Origin: Pseudodesulfovibrio piezophilus C1TLV30 | GTDB lineage: Bacteria; Desulfobacterota; Desulfovibrionia; Desulfovibrionales; Desulfovibrionaceae | DNA length: 32,000 nt | Assembly (NCBI RefSeq): GCF_000341895.1 | Contig: NC_020409.1 | Coordinates: 1,260,001-1,292,000 of the forward strand | Direction of reading: 5' to 3' | In this document: piece by piece, positions 8,063 to 15,640 of the stretch | Layout: each line of letters opens with the position of its first letter | How positions within the stretch are numbered: the stretch's first letter is position 1 | Notes under the pieces: model-generated | The model's input: the letters and a program-made list of their open reading frames with translations, nothing else | Told to the model about the DNA's origin: nothing | The model's database searches: none | Translations under genes and position numbers: made by a program

Positions 8063-9622
8063 ATGGGAGTATCCCTGCAATGTTTTTTTCTCATCCTCAT
8101 TCTGTCCCTTTTCCTGCCGCTTGCCAACGCGGCCCATGCCCAGGCTCCCCAACCGTTCACACGTCAACTCGTGGTGGACAAGGCTCTCCAACTGAGCCAA
8201 TCGCCCTTTATCCCCTCACAAAAGAAAGTACCAGACTCACTTCTGAAGCTCGATTACGATGCTTGGCGGGACATTCGGTACATTCCGGAAAAGGCACTAT
8301 GGCGTCAGGAAGAACTGCCTTTTCAGCTTCAGTTTTTTCACCCTGGTATGTTTTATGACCAATTAGTGAATATCAACATAGTCGATAATGGAGTCACCAC
8401 ACCGCTCCCCTTTGATACCAGCGCTTTTGACTATGGAAGTAATCATACTCTGCCGGAACAGATACCGTCAGACTTCGGTTTTGCAGGGTTTCGTGTACAT
8501 GGTCCGATTAACACTCCGTCCTATTTCGACGAAATAGCTGTCTTTTTGGGAGCCAGCTATTTCCGGGCCGTGGCCAAAGGCCAGGTCTACGGAATCTCAG
8601 CGCGCGGGCTGGCCATAGATACGGCCCTCCCCAAGGGAGAGGAATTCCCGACTTTCCGCGAATTCTGGATAGAAAAACCCGCCCGCAATAGCGCAAGTCT
8701 GACGATCCACGCCTTGTTGGATAGCCAGAGCCTGACCGGAGCTTATACCTTCGTGATCCGTGGTGGTAAAACAACGACCATGGATGTGACTTCCACTTTG
8801 TTCTTACGGGTGCCAGTGCAAAAAATCGGCATAGGCCCACTGACCAGCATGTTCCTGTTCGGTGAAAATACCAGTCCTCGGGAATTGGACGATTTCCGTC
8901 CTGAAGTGCATGATTCGGACGGACTGCTGATCAAGAATGAATCGGGTGAATGGTTTTGGCGACCTTTGACCAACCCGAAAGCTCTTGAGGTCAACATTTT
9001 CAAATCCGACAATGTTAAAGGATTTGGCCTCCTGCAACGCGACCATGACTTTGCCAATTATCAAGACCTTGAGGCCCGTTCCGAAAAACGTCCCTCCCTC
9101 TGGGTGGAACCACACGGCAAATGGGGACGAGGCCATGTGGAATTGGTCAGCATCCCATCAGAGCAGGAAATCCATGACAATATAGTGGCTTATTGGGTTC
9201 CTGAAGACACTCTCGCGCTCAAGACCCCACAGACATATGAGTATACCCTCCGCTGGTACGCCGGGAGATTCACCCACCCACCTCTGGGCTATGTGCTTGC
9301 GACTCGAACCGGAGCCGCCGAGGGAGGTGGGCGCAGATATATCATCGATTTTTCAGGGAAAGCACTGAGTATTCTTACGCCTCCGGCAAATGTCGAGGGA
9401 GTCATCACTTGCGGAGAAGGAGCCTCTGTGGTTGAACAACATCTGGAAAAGAATCGCTACACTGGAGGATGGCGCCTTTCCTTTGTTGTGCGATCCGACA
9501 AGGAGCCTTCTGCCATTGAGAGAGTTCTGCCCACACGCCAGGCACCAATTGATCTGCGTGTTTTTCTCCGCCTTGATGAAACAACTCTGACAGAAACCTG
9601 GAACTATGCCTACCAGCCCTGA
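8063..9622 (+). CDS. opgG: Periplasmic glucan biosynthesis protein OpgG/MdoG (ORF open from 8024; ATG 8063 preferred)
   Basis: The Sec-type signal peptide is MGVSLQCFFLILILSLFLPLANAAHAQA. MdoG-family segments include FQLQFFHPG, GFAGFRVH, FREFWIEKP, SLWVEP and HDNIVAYW. Confidence 0.85.
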   Translation: MGVSLQCFFLILILSLFLPLANAAHAQAPQPFTRQLVVDKALQLSQSPFIPSQKKVPDSLLKLDYDAWRDIRYIPEKALWRQEELPFQLQFFHPGMFYDQLVNINIVDNGVTTPLPFDTSAFDYGSNHTLPEQIPSDFGFAGFRVHGPINTPSYFDEIAVFLGASYFRAVAKGQVYGISARGLAIDTALPKGEEFPTFREFWIEKPARNSASLTIHALLDSQSLTGAYTFVIRGGKTTTMDVTSTLFLRVPVQKIGIGPLTSMFLFGENTSPRELDDFRPEVHDSDGLLIKNESGEWFWRPLTNPKALEVNIFKSDNVKGFGLLQRDHDFANYQDLEARSEKRPSLWVEPHGKWGRGHVELVSIPSEQEIHDNIVAYWVPEDTLALKTPQTYEYTLRWYAGRFTHPPLGYVLATRTGAAEGGGRRYIIDFSGKALSILTPPANVEGVITCGEGASVVEQHLEKNRYTGGWRLSFVVRSDKEPSAIERVLPTRQAPIDLRVFLRLDETTLTETWNYAYQP

Positions 9623-9980
9623 TACCGGCACAGCAAAGAGTTCTTCCTGCCGTGAACAGACGGCCCGTCGCCTCCTCATTTACCTGGAGAGGTTCCCCAT
9701 GAGCACGGAAGACCGCCTGGAGTTGGCGCTGGAGGTTTTGCGAAGCCTTCCAGTGGACTCCACCCCGGACCAGGCTCTGGCCGCATTGTGGCCCAGGTTG
9801 CCACAGGTTGCTCCTGATGCTTTCCCTCCGGCATATCCCTGTATTAAGCGGGGCCATATGCCCAGCCAATATCTCGGCCGCCCCCGCACTGGCTTCATCG
9901 GCTTTGCCGCTCGCTGGGGATGGCTGCTTTTCATCATCATGCTCCTTGGACTGACCCTTTTACTCAACAATATGCCGTGA
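9606..9980 (+). CDS. Hypothetical small membrane-anchored protein wedged between opgG and opgH
   Basis: This 124-codon ORF starts (ATG 9606) inside the last codons of opgG, and its TGA (9978-9980) lies 2 nt before the opgH ATG (9983). It fills an otherwise unexplained 360-nt gap. The C-terminal hydrophobic helix is WGWLLFIIMLLGLTLLL. An alternative start is ATG 9699 (MSTEDRLE). I recognise no family. Confidence 0.5.
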   Translation: MPTSPDTGTAKSSSCREQTARRLLIYLERFPMSTEDRLELALEVLRSLPVDSTPDQALAALWPRLPQVAPDAFPPAYPCIKRGHMPSQYLGRPRTGFIGFAARWGWLLFIIMLLGLTLLLNNMP

Positions 9981-9982
9981 GT

Positions 9983-12097
9983 ATGACTCTGAACCATGAA
10001 AAGAAGAGAACCTGGCGAGGATCGGCCAGAAAACGCCGACTTGTTCTCGGTCTGCTTATCCTGATCCCATCAGCATTCTCCAGTTCTTATGTTGCCTCAG
10101 TCCTGCCACATAAGGGTGGAACCCCGCTGGAACTGGCTATTGTGATTGTTTATTCAATTCTTTTCGCCTGGATTTCAGTGGGATTCTGGACAGCTGTTAT
10201 GGGCTGCTTCACCCTGTTACGTCGCTATGACCGGTTTGCCGTCAGTCACGCCCTTTCCACGTCAGAACTCAAGCCCTCCACTGTTCGCACAGCAGTCTTA
10301 TTTCCCATTTGCAACGAGGATACCCCCCGTGTAATGGCCGGGATCAAGAGCACATATCTCTCACTTCAAAAGATGGACGGGGGTGAAAATTTTGATATCC
10401 ACATCCTGAGCGATTCACAGGGGGCGGACAAATGGATGGAGGAAGAGGCGGCTTGGGTCGACCTGGTGGAAGAGCTTGGAGCACAAGGGCACATATTCTA
10501 TCGACACAGAAAGGTGAACCTGAAACGTAAAAGTGGCAATGTCGCAGAGTTTTGCCGCCGTCATGGTCAACTATACACTTACATGGCGGTATTCGACGCT
10601 GACAGCGTCATGAGTGGACAGTCGCTCAAAGGTATGGTTCGCATAATGGAGCTGAATGAACGAATCGGCATTCTGCAAACCGCTCCGGCCTGTTTCGGGC
10701 GCAATACCCTGCTCGGACGATTGCAACAATTCGCCAACAGGGTTTACGGTCCCATGTTTGCGGCAGGACTCCACTTCTGGCAATTGGGGGACGCTCAATA
10801 CTGGGGACATAACGCCCTCATTCGCATCGAACCATTCATGCGCCATTGTGGCCTCCCCAGACTTCCCGGAAAGCCTCCCAAGGGAGGCGACATTCTCAGC
10901 CATGATTTCGTGGAGGCAGCACTCATGCGCCGAGCTGGATGGGGAGTATGGTTGGCTTTCGATCTCCAGGGCAGCTGGGAAGAATGTCCACCCAACCTTC
11001 TGTCGGAGCTGAAAAGAGACCGTCGCTGGTGCCAGGGAAACTTACAACATTTACGGCTGCTGTTCACCGAAGGACTGTTCCCGGCACACCGCATTCTCTT
11101 TCTCAATGGTGCCATGAGTTACGCTTCGGCTCTGCTCTGGTTTCTGTTTCTCATGCTTTCTTCAGCCGAAGCAGTTGTCGAAGCCATTGTCGGTCCTGTC
11201 TACTTTTCAACAGGCAAAACACTCTTTCCCAATTGGCCTGTATGGCAACCGTCGTGGGCCATGATCCTGTTAGCCACAACCGGTGTGCTCCTCTTTCTGC
11301 CAAAGGTTCTCAGTTTTCTCTTGCTCATCTTCAAGACCCGTCAGGCTCAACTGTTCGGAGGAGTGTTCCGCCTCCTTATCAGTATACTCCTGGAAGTTGT
11401 CTTTTCAGCGCTTTTGGCACCTATTCGCATGTTGTTTCATAGTAAATTCGTTTGCATGATCCTCTTGGGGAAAAAAATCGGATGGGGCACGCAGCAGCGG
11501 GACGACAAAAAAACTCCCTGGCTTGACGCACTTCGTTTCCATGGTGGGGGCACTTTCTTCGGTCTTCTCTGGGGAGGCATTGTCTGGCTCTACTCACCTG
11601 AATTTTTCTGGTGGATAAGCCCCATTGTCATTCCCATAGTCCTCTCTGTGCCGCTTTCCGTCATAACAAGTCGACGAGACCTGGGACAATGGCTGCGGAA
11701 AAAACGTTTATTGCTCATCCCCGAAGAAACTGAGCCTGCCCCAGAAATCATTCAGGTCAGCCGCTTCACCCAAGAAATGGAAGAAGCACCTGTCTTTCTC
11801 GACCTCCCACGTGAAGCAGGATTCCTTCGAGCCATCATCGACCCGCGAATCAACGCTTTGCGCCGCTCCCTACTGACCCGTCATACTCGACAAGTCGGTC
11901 CGGCGGAAATTTCTCGCCGGAATCAACTAACCCAAAAAGTCTTGCAACACGGACCGAGTATTCTTACTCCGGCACAACAACTCATCCTTTTGCGTGACCC
12001 TGACTCCCTCCTTCAACTCCACCAATACGCCTGGGCGCTCGATAAACATGTTTTTCAAGAACGCTGGTTAAGGAACTCAGCACGTTCAAGACCATAA
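9983..12097 (+). CDS. opgH: Glucans biosynthesis glucosyltransferase H (OpgH/MdoH, GT2 family, polytopic membrane protein)
   Basis: The first TM region RKRRLVLGLLILIPS...VLPHKGG parallels that of known OpgH proteins. GT2 motifs include VLFPICNED, FDADSVM, WGHNALIR, ILSHDFVEAALMRRAGW and RDRRWCQGNLQH. I prefer ATG 9983 over the track start at 9920. Confidence 0.9.
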   Translation: MTLNHEKKRTWRGSARKRRLVLGLLILIPSAFSSSYVASVLPHKGGTPLELAIVIVYSILFAWISVGFWTAVMGCFTLLRRYDRFAVSHALSTSELKPSTVRTAVLFPICNEDTPRVMAGIKSTYLSLQKMDGGENFDIHILSDSQGADKWMEEEAAWVDLVEELGAQGHIFYRHRKVNLKRKSGNVAEFCRRHGQLYTYMAVFDADSVMSGQSLKGMVRIMELNERIGILQTAPACFGRNTLLGRLQQFANRVYGPMFAAGLHFWQLGDAQYWGHNALIRIEPFMRHCGLPRLPGKPPKGGDILSHDFVEAALMRRAGWGVWLAFDLQGSWEECPPNLLSELKRDRRWCQGNLQHLRLLFTEGLFPAHRILFLNGAMSYASALLWFLFLMLSSAEAVVEAIVGPVYFSTGKTLFPNWPVWQPSWAMILLATTGVLLFLPKVLSFLLLIFKTRQAQLFGGVFRLLISILLEVVFSALLAPIRMLFHSKFVCMILLGKKIGWGTQQRDDKKTPWLDALRFHGGGTFFGLLWGGIVWLYSPEFFWWISPIVIPIVLSVPLSVITSRRDLGQWLRKKRLLLIPEETEPAPEIIQVSRFTQEMEEAPVFLDLPREAGFLRAIIDPRINALRRSLLTRHTRQVGPAEISRRNQLTQKVLQHGPSILTPAQQLILLRDPDSLLQLHQYAWALDKHVFQERWLRNSARSRP

Positions 12098-12514
12098 ATA
12101 GACATGAGTGGGGTCAGCGGGGCCAGGAGGGAAACAAGCATTTCACCATGACCCCACCCCAAAAAACACAACTTGGATATCTCAACAGTCAGCTTCTCTG
12201 GTTTTTATTTACAAGTAAACCTGCATAAGCTAACCGTAATCACCGCTTATGGGGTTAGCGTGCAGTGTCTAACAAGACGCATACGTATTAGATGCGATGT
12301 GGCATCATCCGATCAGTTCGTCGTGAAATTCTTGCCAAGGATATGCTCCACTGTAATTTTATCAAAAAAACGCCTCTCTATAAATTTACTTGCAAATGTC
12401 TCATTTCAGGTGTCTTAAGCACCTCGACTGTTCCTCTCTGTAGCTTTTTTGGGGGAAAGAATACCATGAACAGACAATCAGTTCGCCATTTAACAACCTC
12501 CGCAGTATGAATGA

Positions 12515-14701
12515 ATGGTGTGTAATTCGATGAACTTTTCTTTTCGTCCACTTTATGTGTTGATCTATGCCCTTGCCATGCTCTCTCTTTTGGGCCTCCC
12601 CTGCTCTGCTGCCAGCAAAATAATGATTAATGAAGTCTTTGTGGACGGTTCCTCCAACTACCCGGACTGGATTGAATTATTCAATGCCGGAGATACTTCA
12701 TCCTCCTTGGGCGGGTACCGTCTCTCGGACGACCTGGACGATACGGGATGGGCCATTCCCGAAACATTCTCGATTGCTCCCGGTCAATACAAAGTTTTCA
12801 TATGTGACAAACGAAATGCATATGACCATACCAACTTCAGGTTGAAAAGTATCGCAGGCCAAGTGTATCTCCTGACCCCCTCTGGAGAGCTTGCAGATCA
12901 AATCGAATATGACAGCCTTCCACGCTTTTCATCCATAGGGCGCTATCCTGATGGGAAACCTCAATGGTTCGTCCATTCCACTCCAACAATGGAAAGCAAA
13001 AACACACAAAGCCGAACACCTGTTGCTCACACTGGTACAGCTGACTCTCTCCATATCTCACATACCAGCGGTCTCTATGACAAACCATTTATGCTAACCA
13101 TGCAGCCTCCCCCCGGAACCAAGGTTCGTTATACTTTGGACGGAAGTATCCCCACCATGGAATCCAGGCTCTACGCCAATGCTCTAAAAATTGATTCCAC
13201 AACCATAATCCGTATAGCCGTCATCACGTCGGATCACACTCTCAGCACGCCTGAAACTCGATCCTACTTCATAGGTGAATCCACCGAACTTCCGCTCATA
13301 TCTCTCGTCACTGACCCAAAGAACCTGTGGGATCCTGAAATTGGTATCTACGCAGAGGGAGATTCCGTAACCGAAGCTGGAACACAATCACACAATTGGC
13401 AGCGCAAATGGCGGCGTCCTGTTCACATCGACTTCATGACCAAGACAGAACAGTGGAGTATTGACGGGAATTGCCGAATTTTCGGCGGAGCTTCACGAGG
13501 GAGGCCACAAAAGTCCTTCGCAGTCTATGCAGATGACAAAAACACCCCATATGGCATTGAGCACCGCCTTTTTCCTGATACAGACCGAGAACGATATGCA
13601 GGATTCATACTACGCAATGGAGGAGATGCCTGGCTGCGAACTCAATTCAGAGATGCTTTTCAGCAAGCCTTAATTCAGGACCGAGCAGAGGTCGAATCCA
13701 TGCGATATCGTCCGGTTCTTGTTTTTATCAATGGCACATACTGGGGAGTTTACGGATTGCGAGAAGCCATGATCAAAAAGAATCTGCTCGCCGGGCGAGA
13801 CCTCCCTCTACAGCCGGTCAAAATCTTGAATAACAGGGGGATATCTTCAAAAAAAGGGCCTTTTTCCGACTTCAAGTCGGTTCCTGTCCAAGGTGAGTAT
13901 CGCCCGTCCCTTCCCTCTTTGGACATAGATTCTTACCTTGATTATCTCGCAATAGAACTCTATTCTGGAAACATTGACTGGCCTGACGGCAACATCAAAG
14001 TCTGGCGTCCTCTCACCACCCCCAAGAGCACATGGAGGTGGATTCTTTATGATCTCGACAGAGGATTCAACGGAAAACGAGGAAAATCCGCACAGGAAGA
14101 TCCCTTTGTAGAACTATTAAGAAGGCCTGGCCCTCGTGGACTGCATTTTTCAGACTTAATAAAAAATGACCTGTTTGTCCGGGATTTCTGCTCTCGACTT
14201 ACTGTACATATACTCACGACATTCCGACCGGAGCGTGCTCTGTCAATTCTTAATCGCATGGTGCGAATGCTCAGGCCTGAAATGGAACGGCATTGGGAAA
14301 GATGGCATTGGTCCTGGCAACTCGACAGGCTCTTCATGAATATGGATAGATGGGAAGAGTATCTGGCAACTCTCCGTCAATTCTGTGAGCAACGCCCCTC
14401 TGCCATGATGAGAATCATGGATAAACATTTTAAGACAGGAACACCACTCCCGACTTCCTTGACGATCATGAAGCAAGGGAAAGGTCGCATCATGGCTGAA
14501 GGGCTGGTTCTGCCAGATGGGAAACTGACAGGTTTAATTCCAGAAAACATCAAAATCCGAATTGAAGCCCAACCAGCACCGGGTTATATCTTTGCGGGTT
14601 GGGAAAACGCCCCACGCAGTACAGATCCCTATAAGATTCTTGAGGCGGGTACATCGGTAACAGATCGCGCCCTCTTTTCACCAATTGATAATGAAGAGTA
14701 A
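12515..14701 (+). CDS. Secreted multidomain CotH-family atypical kinase (signal peptide / lamin-tail domain / chitobiase-Fn3-associated-like domain / CotH kinase domain / C-terminal InlB-B-repeat-like domain)
   Basis: The signal peptide is MNFSFRPLYVLIYALAMLSLLGLPCSAAS (alternative ATG 12530). The LTD-like segment is IMINEVFVDGSSNYPDWIELFN...LGGYRLSDD. KVRYTLDGSIPT is typical of the CHB_HEX_C-like domain. The CotH core includes KSFAVY, FILRNGGDAWLRTQFRD, VFINGTYWGVYGLRE, NIDWPDGNIKVWRP and WRWILYDLD. The C-terminal EAQPAPGYIFAGWEN is repeat-like. Confidence 0.85.
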   Translation: MVCNSMNFSFRPLYVLIYALAMLSLLGLPCSAASKIMINEVFVDGSSNYPDWIELFNAGDTSSSLGGYRLSDDLDDTGWAIPETFSIAPGQYKVFICDKRNAYDHTNFRLKSIAGQVYLLTPSGELADQIEYDSLPRFSSIGRYPDGKPQWFVHSTPTMESKNTQSRTPVAHTGTADSLHISHTSGLYDKPFMLTMQPPPGTKVRYTLDGSIPTMESRLYANALKIDSTTIIRIAVITSDHTLSTPETRSYFIGESTELPLISLVTDPKNLWDPEIGIYAEGDSVTEAGTQSHNWQRKWRRPVHIDFMTKTEQWSIDGNCRIFGGASRGRPQKSFAVYADDKNTPYGIEHRLFPDTDRERYAGFILRNGGDAWLRTQFRDAFQQALIQDRAEVESMRYRPVLVFINGTYWGVYGLREAMIKKNLLAGRDLPLQPVKILNNRGISSKKGPFSDFKSVPVQGEYRPSLPSLDIDSYLDYLAIELYSGNIDWPDGNIKVWRPLTTPKSTWRWILYDLDRGFNGKRGKSAQEDPFVELLRRPGPRGLHFSDLIKNDLFVRDFCSRLTVHILTTFRPERALSILNRMVRMLRPEMERHWERWHWSWQLDRLFMNMDRWEEYLATLRQFCEQRPSAMMRIMDKHFKTGTPLPTSLTIMKQGKGRIMAEGLVLPDGKLTGLIPENIKIRIEAQPAPGYIFAGWENAPRSTDPYKILEAGTSVTDRALFSPIDNEE

Positions 14702-14707
14702 TTTTTT

Positions 14708-15640
14708 ATGACAGACACACTGACGTTCAATACCGGGAAAAAAAGGCTTGCAGGTTGCCTGATAGCCGCTTTATCTACCACCTCATCGGTAGTCATAAGC
14801 AAATCGATAACCCATAACAACCTGAGCCAATTGCAAAGTAGCCTCCCTATTGCATTGGCTGTCGGCCTCTGCCTGGGAATTCTCTATTATTATGCCATGG
14901 CGCAAATTCTGCCACGGCTGCATAGAGATCATCATGGAGAACTCTGGGCCGGACTCTCCTGGTTCAACCTTGCAACCATTAGTCTATGGGGAATCCTTCT
15001 GCCCTTGCCGACATACTACATCGATTTCGGTATAGGCTTTATCTTCACAGGGGGGTGTGCCCGCCTCATTGGTTCGGTGTATACCATTTTTGGGACGTCT
15101 CTTTCAAATCGTAAACGTTTTGCAAATACATTCGTCATGTTGGCTCTGACTATCATGCTTGTTATTTCAGTGGTCAAAGCCTCATTGGCTCTCTCCCTGG
15201 GACTGGTCGGCGCATTATCCATTGTTCGTTTCAGAACAGCCATCAAGGAACCTGAGGAACTTGCTTTTCTCTTCTTTACTGTAGCCATCGGACTCGGATT
15301 CGGTGCGGAAAAATTCGGCGTCACCCTTGCTGCATTCTGGGCTATCTGCGTTGGTTTTATTTTCTTTTGCAAAATCAGGACATCCAACACCATGGATAAT
15401 GCCTACATGGTCACGATATATGGCCCTAAAGAGGGGTTACTGAATTCGGTTCACACATTCCTGGATGAACATAACCTGACCTATGAGTTCACTCGGCTTG
15501 AGACAAGTGACACCTCGAACCATGTCAGTTTCCTTGTCGAAATGAAAAACAGCAATGTCCTTAATATCCTCGGCCAAAAATTCCAGGACGACAACCCGCA
15601 AACCAACGTCTCCATCATTCAGGCTCGGAGCCTTTTTTGA
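14708..15640 (+). CDS. DUF4956-family polytopic membrane protein with an extended N-terminal TM region and a C-terminal soluble alpha/beta domain
   Basis: The family signature is SLGLVGALSIVRFRTAIKEPEELAFLFFTVAIGLGFGA. There are about 6-7 hydrophobic helices, then about 85 soluble residues (YMVTIYGPKEG...FLVEMKN...). It starts 6 nt after the CotH stop, and its stop overlaps the next start (TGATG). Confidence 0.8.
   Translation: MTDTLTFNTGKKRLAGCLIAALSTTSSVVISKSITHNNLSQLQSSLPIALAVGLCLGILYYYAMAQILPRLHRDHHGELWAGLSWFNLATISLWGILLPLPTYYIDFGIGFIFTGGCARLIGSVYTIFGTSLSNRKRFANTFVMLALTIMLVISVVKASLALSLGLVGALSIVRFRTAIKEPEELAFLFFTVAIGLGFGAEKFGVTLAAFWAICVGFIFFCKIRTSNTMDNAYMVTIYGPKEGLLNSVHTFLDEHNLTYEFTRLETSDTSNHVSFLVEMKNSNVLNILGQKFQDDNPQTNVSIIQARSLF

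Noticed and set aside
9920-9982. Track start of opgH at 9920
   Set aside because: It would overlap the bridging ORF, and the extension (MAAFHHHAPWTDPFTQQYAVS) is out of character. ATG 9983 directly precedes the conserved basic/TM1 region and abuts the upstream stop.
12108-12157. 9-bp stem GTGGGGTCA/TGACCCCAC after opgH as a rho-independent terminator
   Set aside because: The loop is 32 nt and there is no U-tract on either strand (it is followed by CCCAAAAAAC). I kept it only as a structural note within the leader finding.
12173-12510. Track ORFs 12173-12418 and 12292-12510 in the CotH leader
   Set aside because: They use non-ATG or poorly supported starts, have no SD and no motifs, and overlap each other in different frames. 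Only the terminal 14-codon uORF with a strong SD seemed worth flagging.
12100-12514. Search for the missing C-terminal half of the dapA-like gene on the left side of the CotH cassette
   Set aside because: I translated the minus strand in three frames by eye and found no YNVP, GIK or other DapA C-terminal motifs. A simple insertion into an intact dapA gene is therefore not supported, and the left boundary of the cassette remains undefined.
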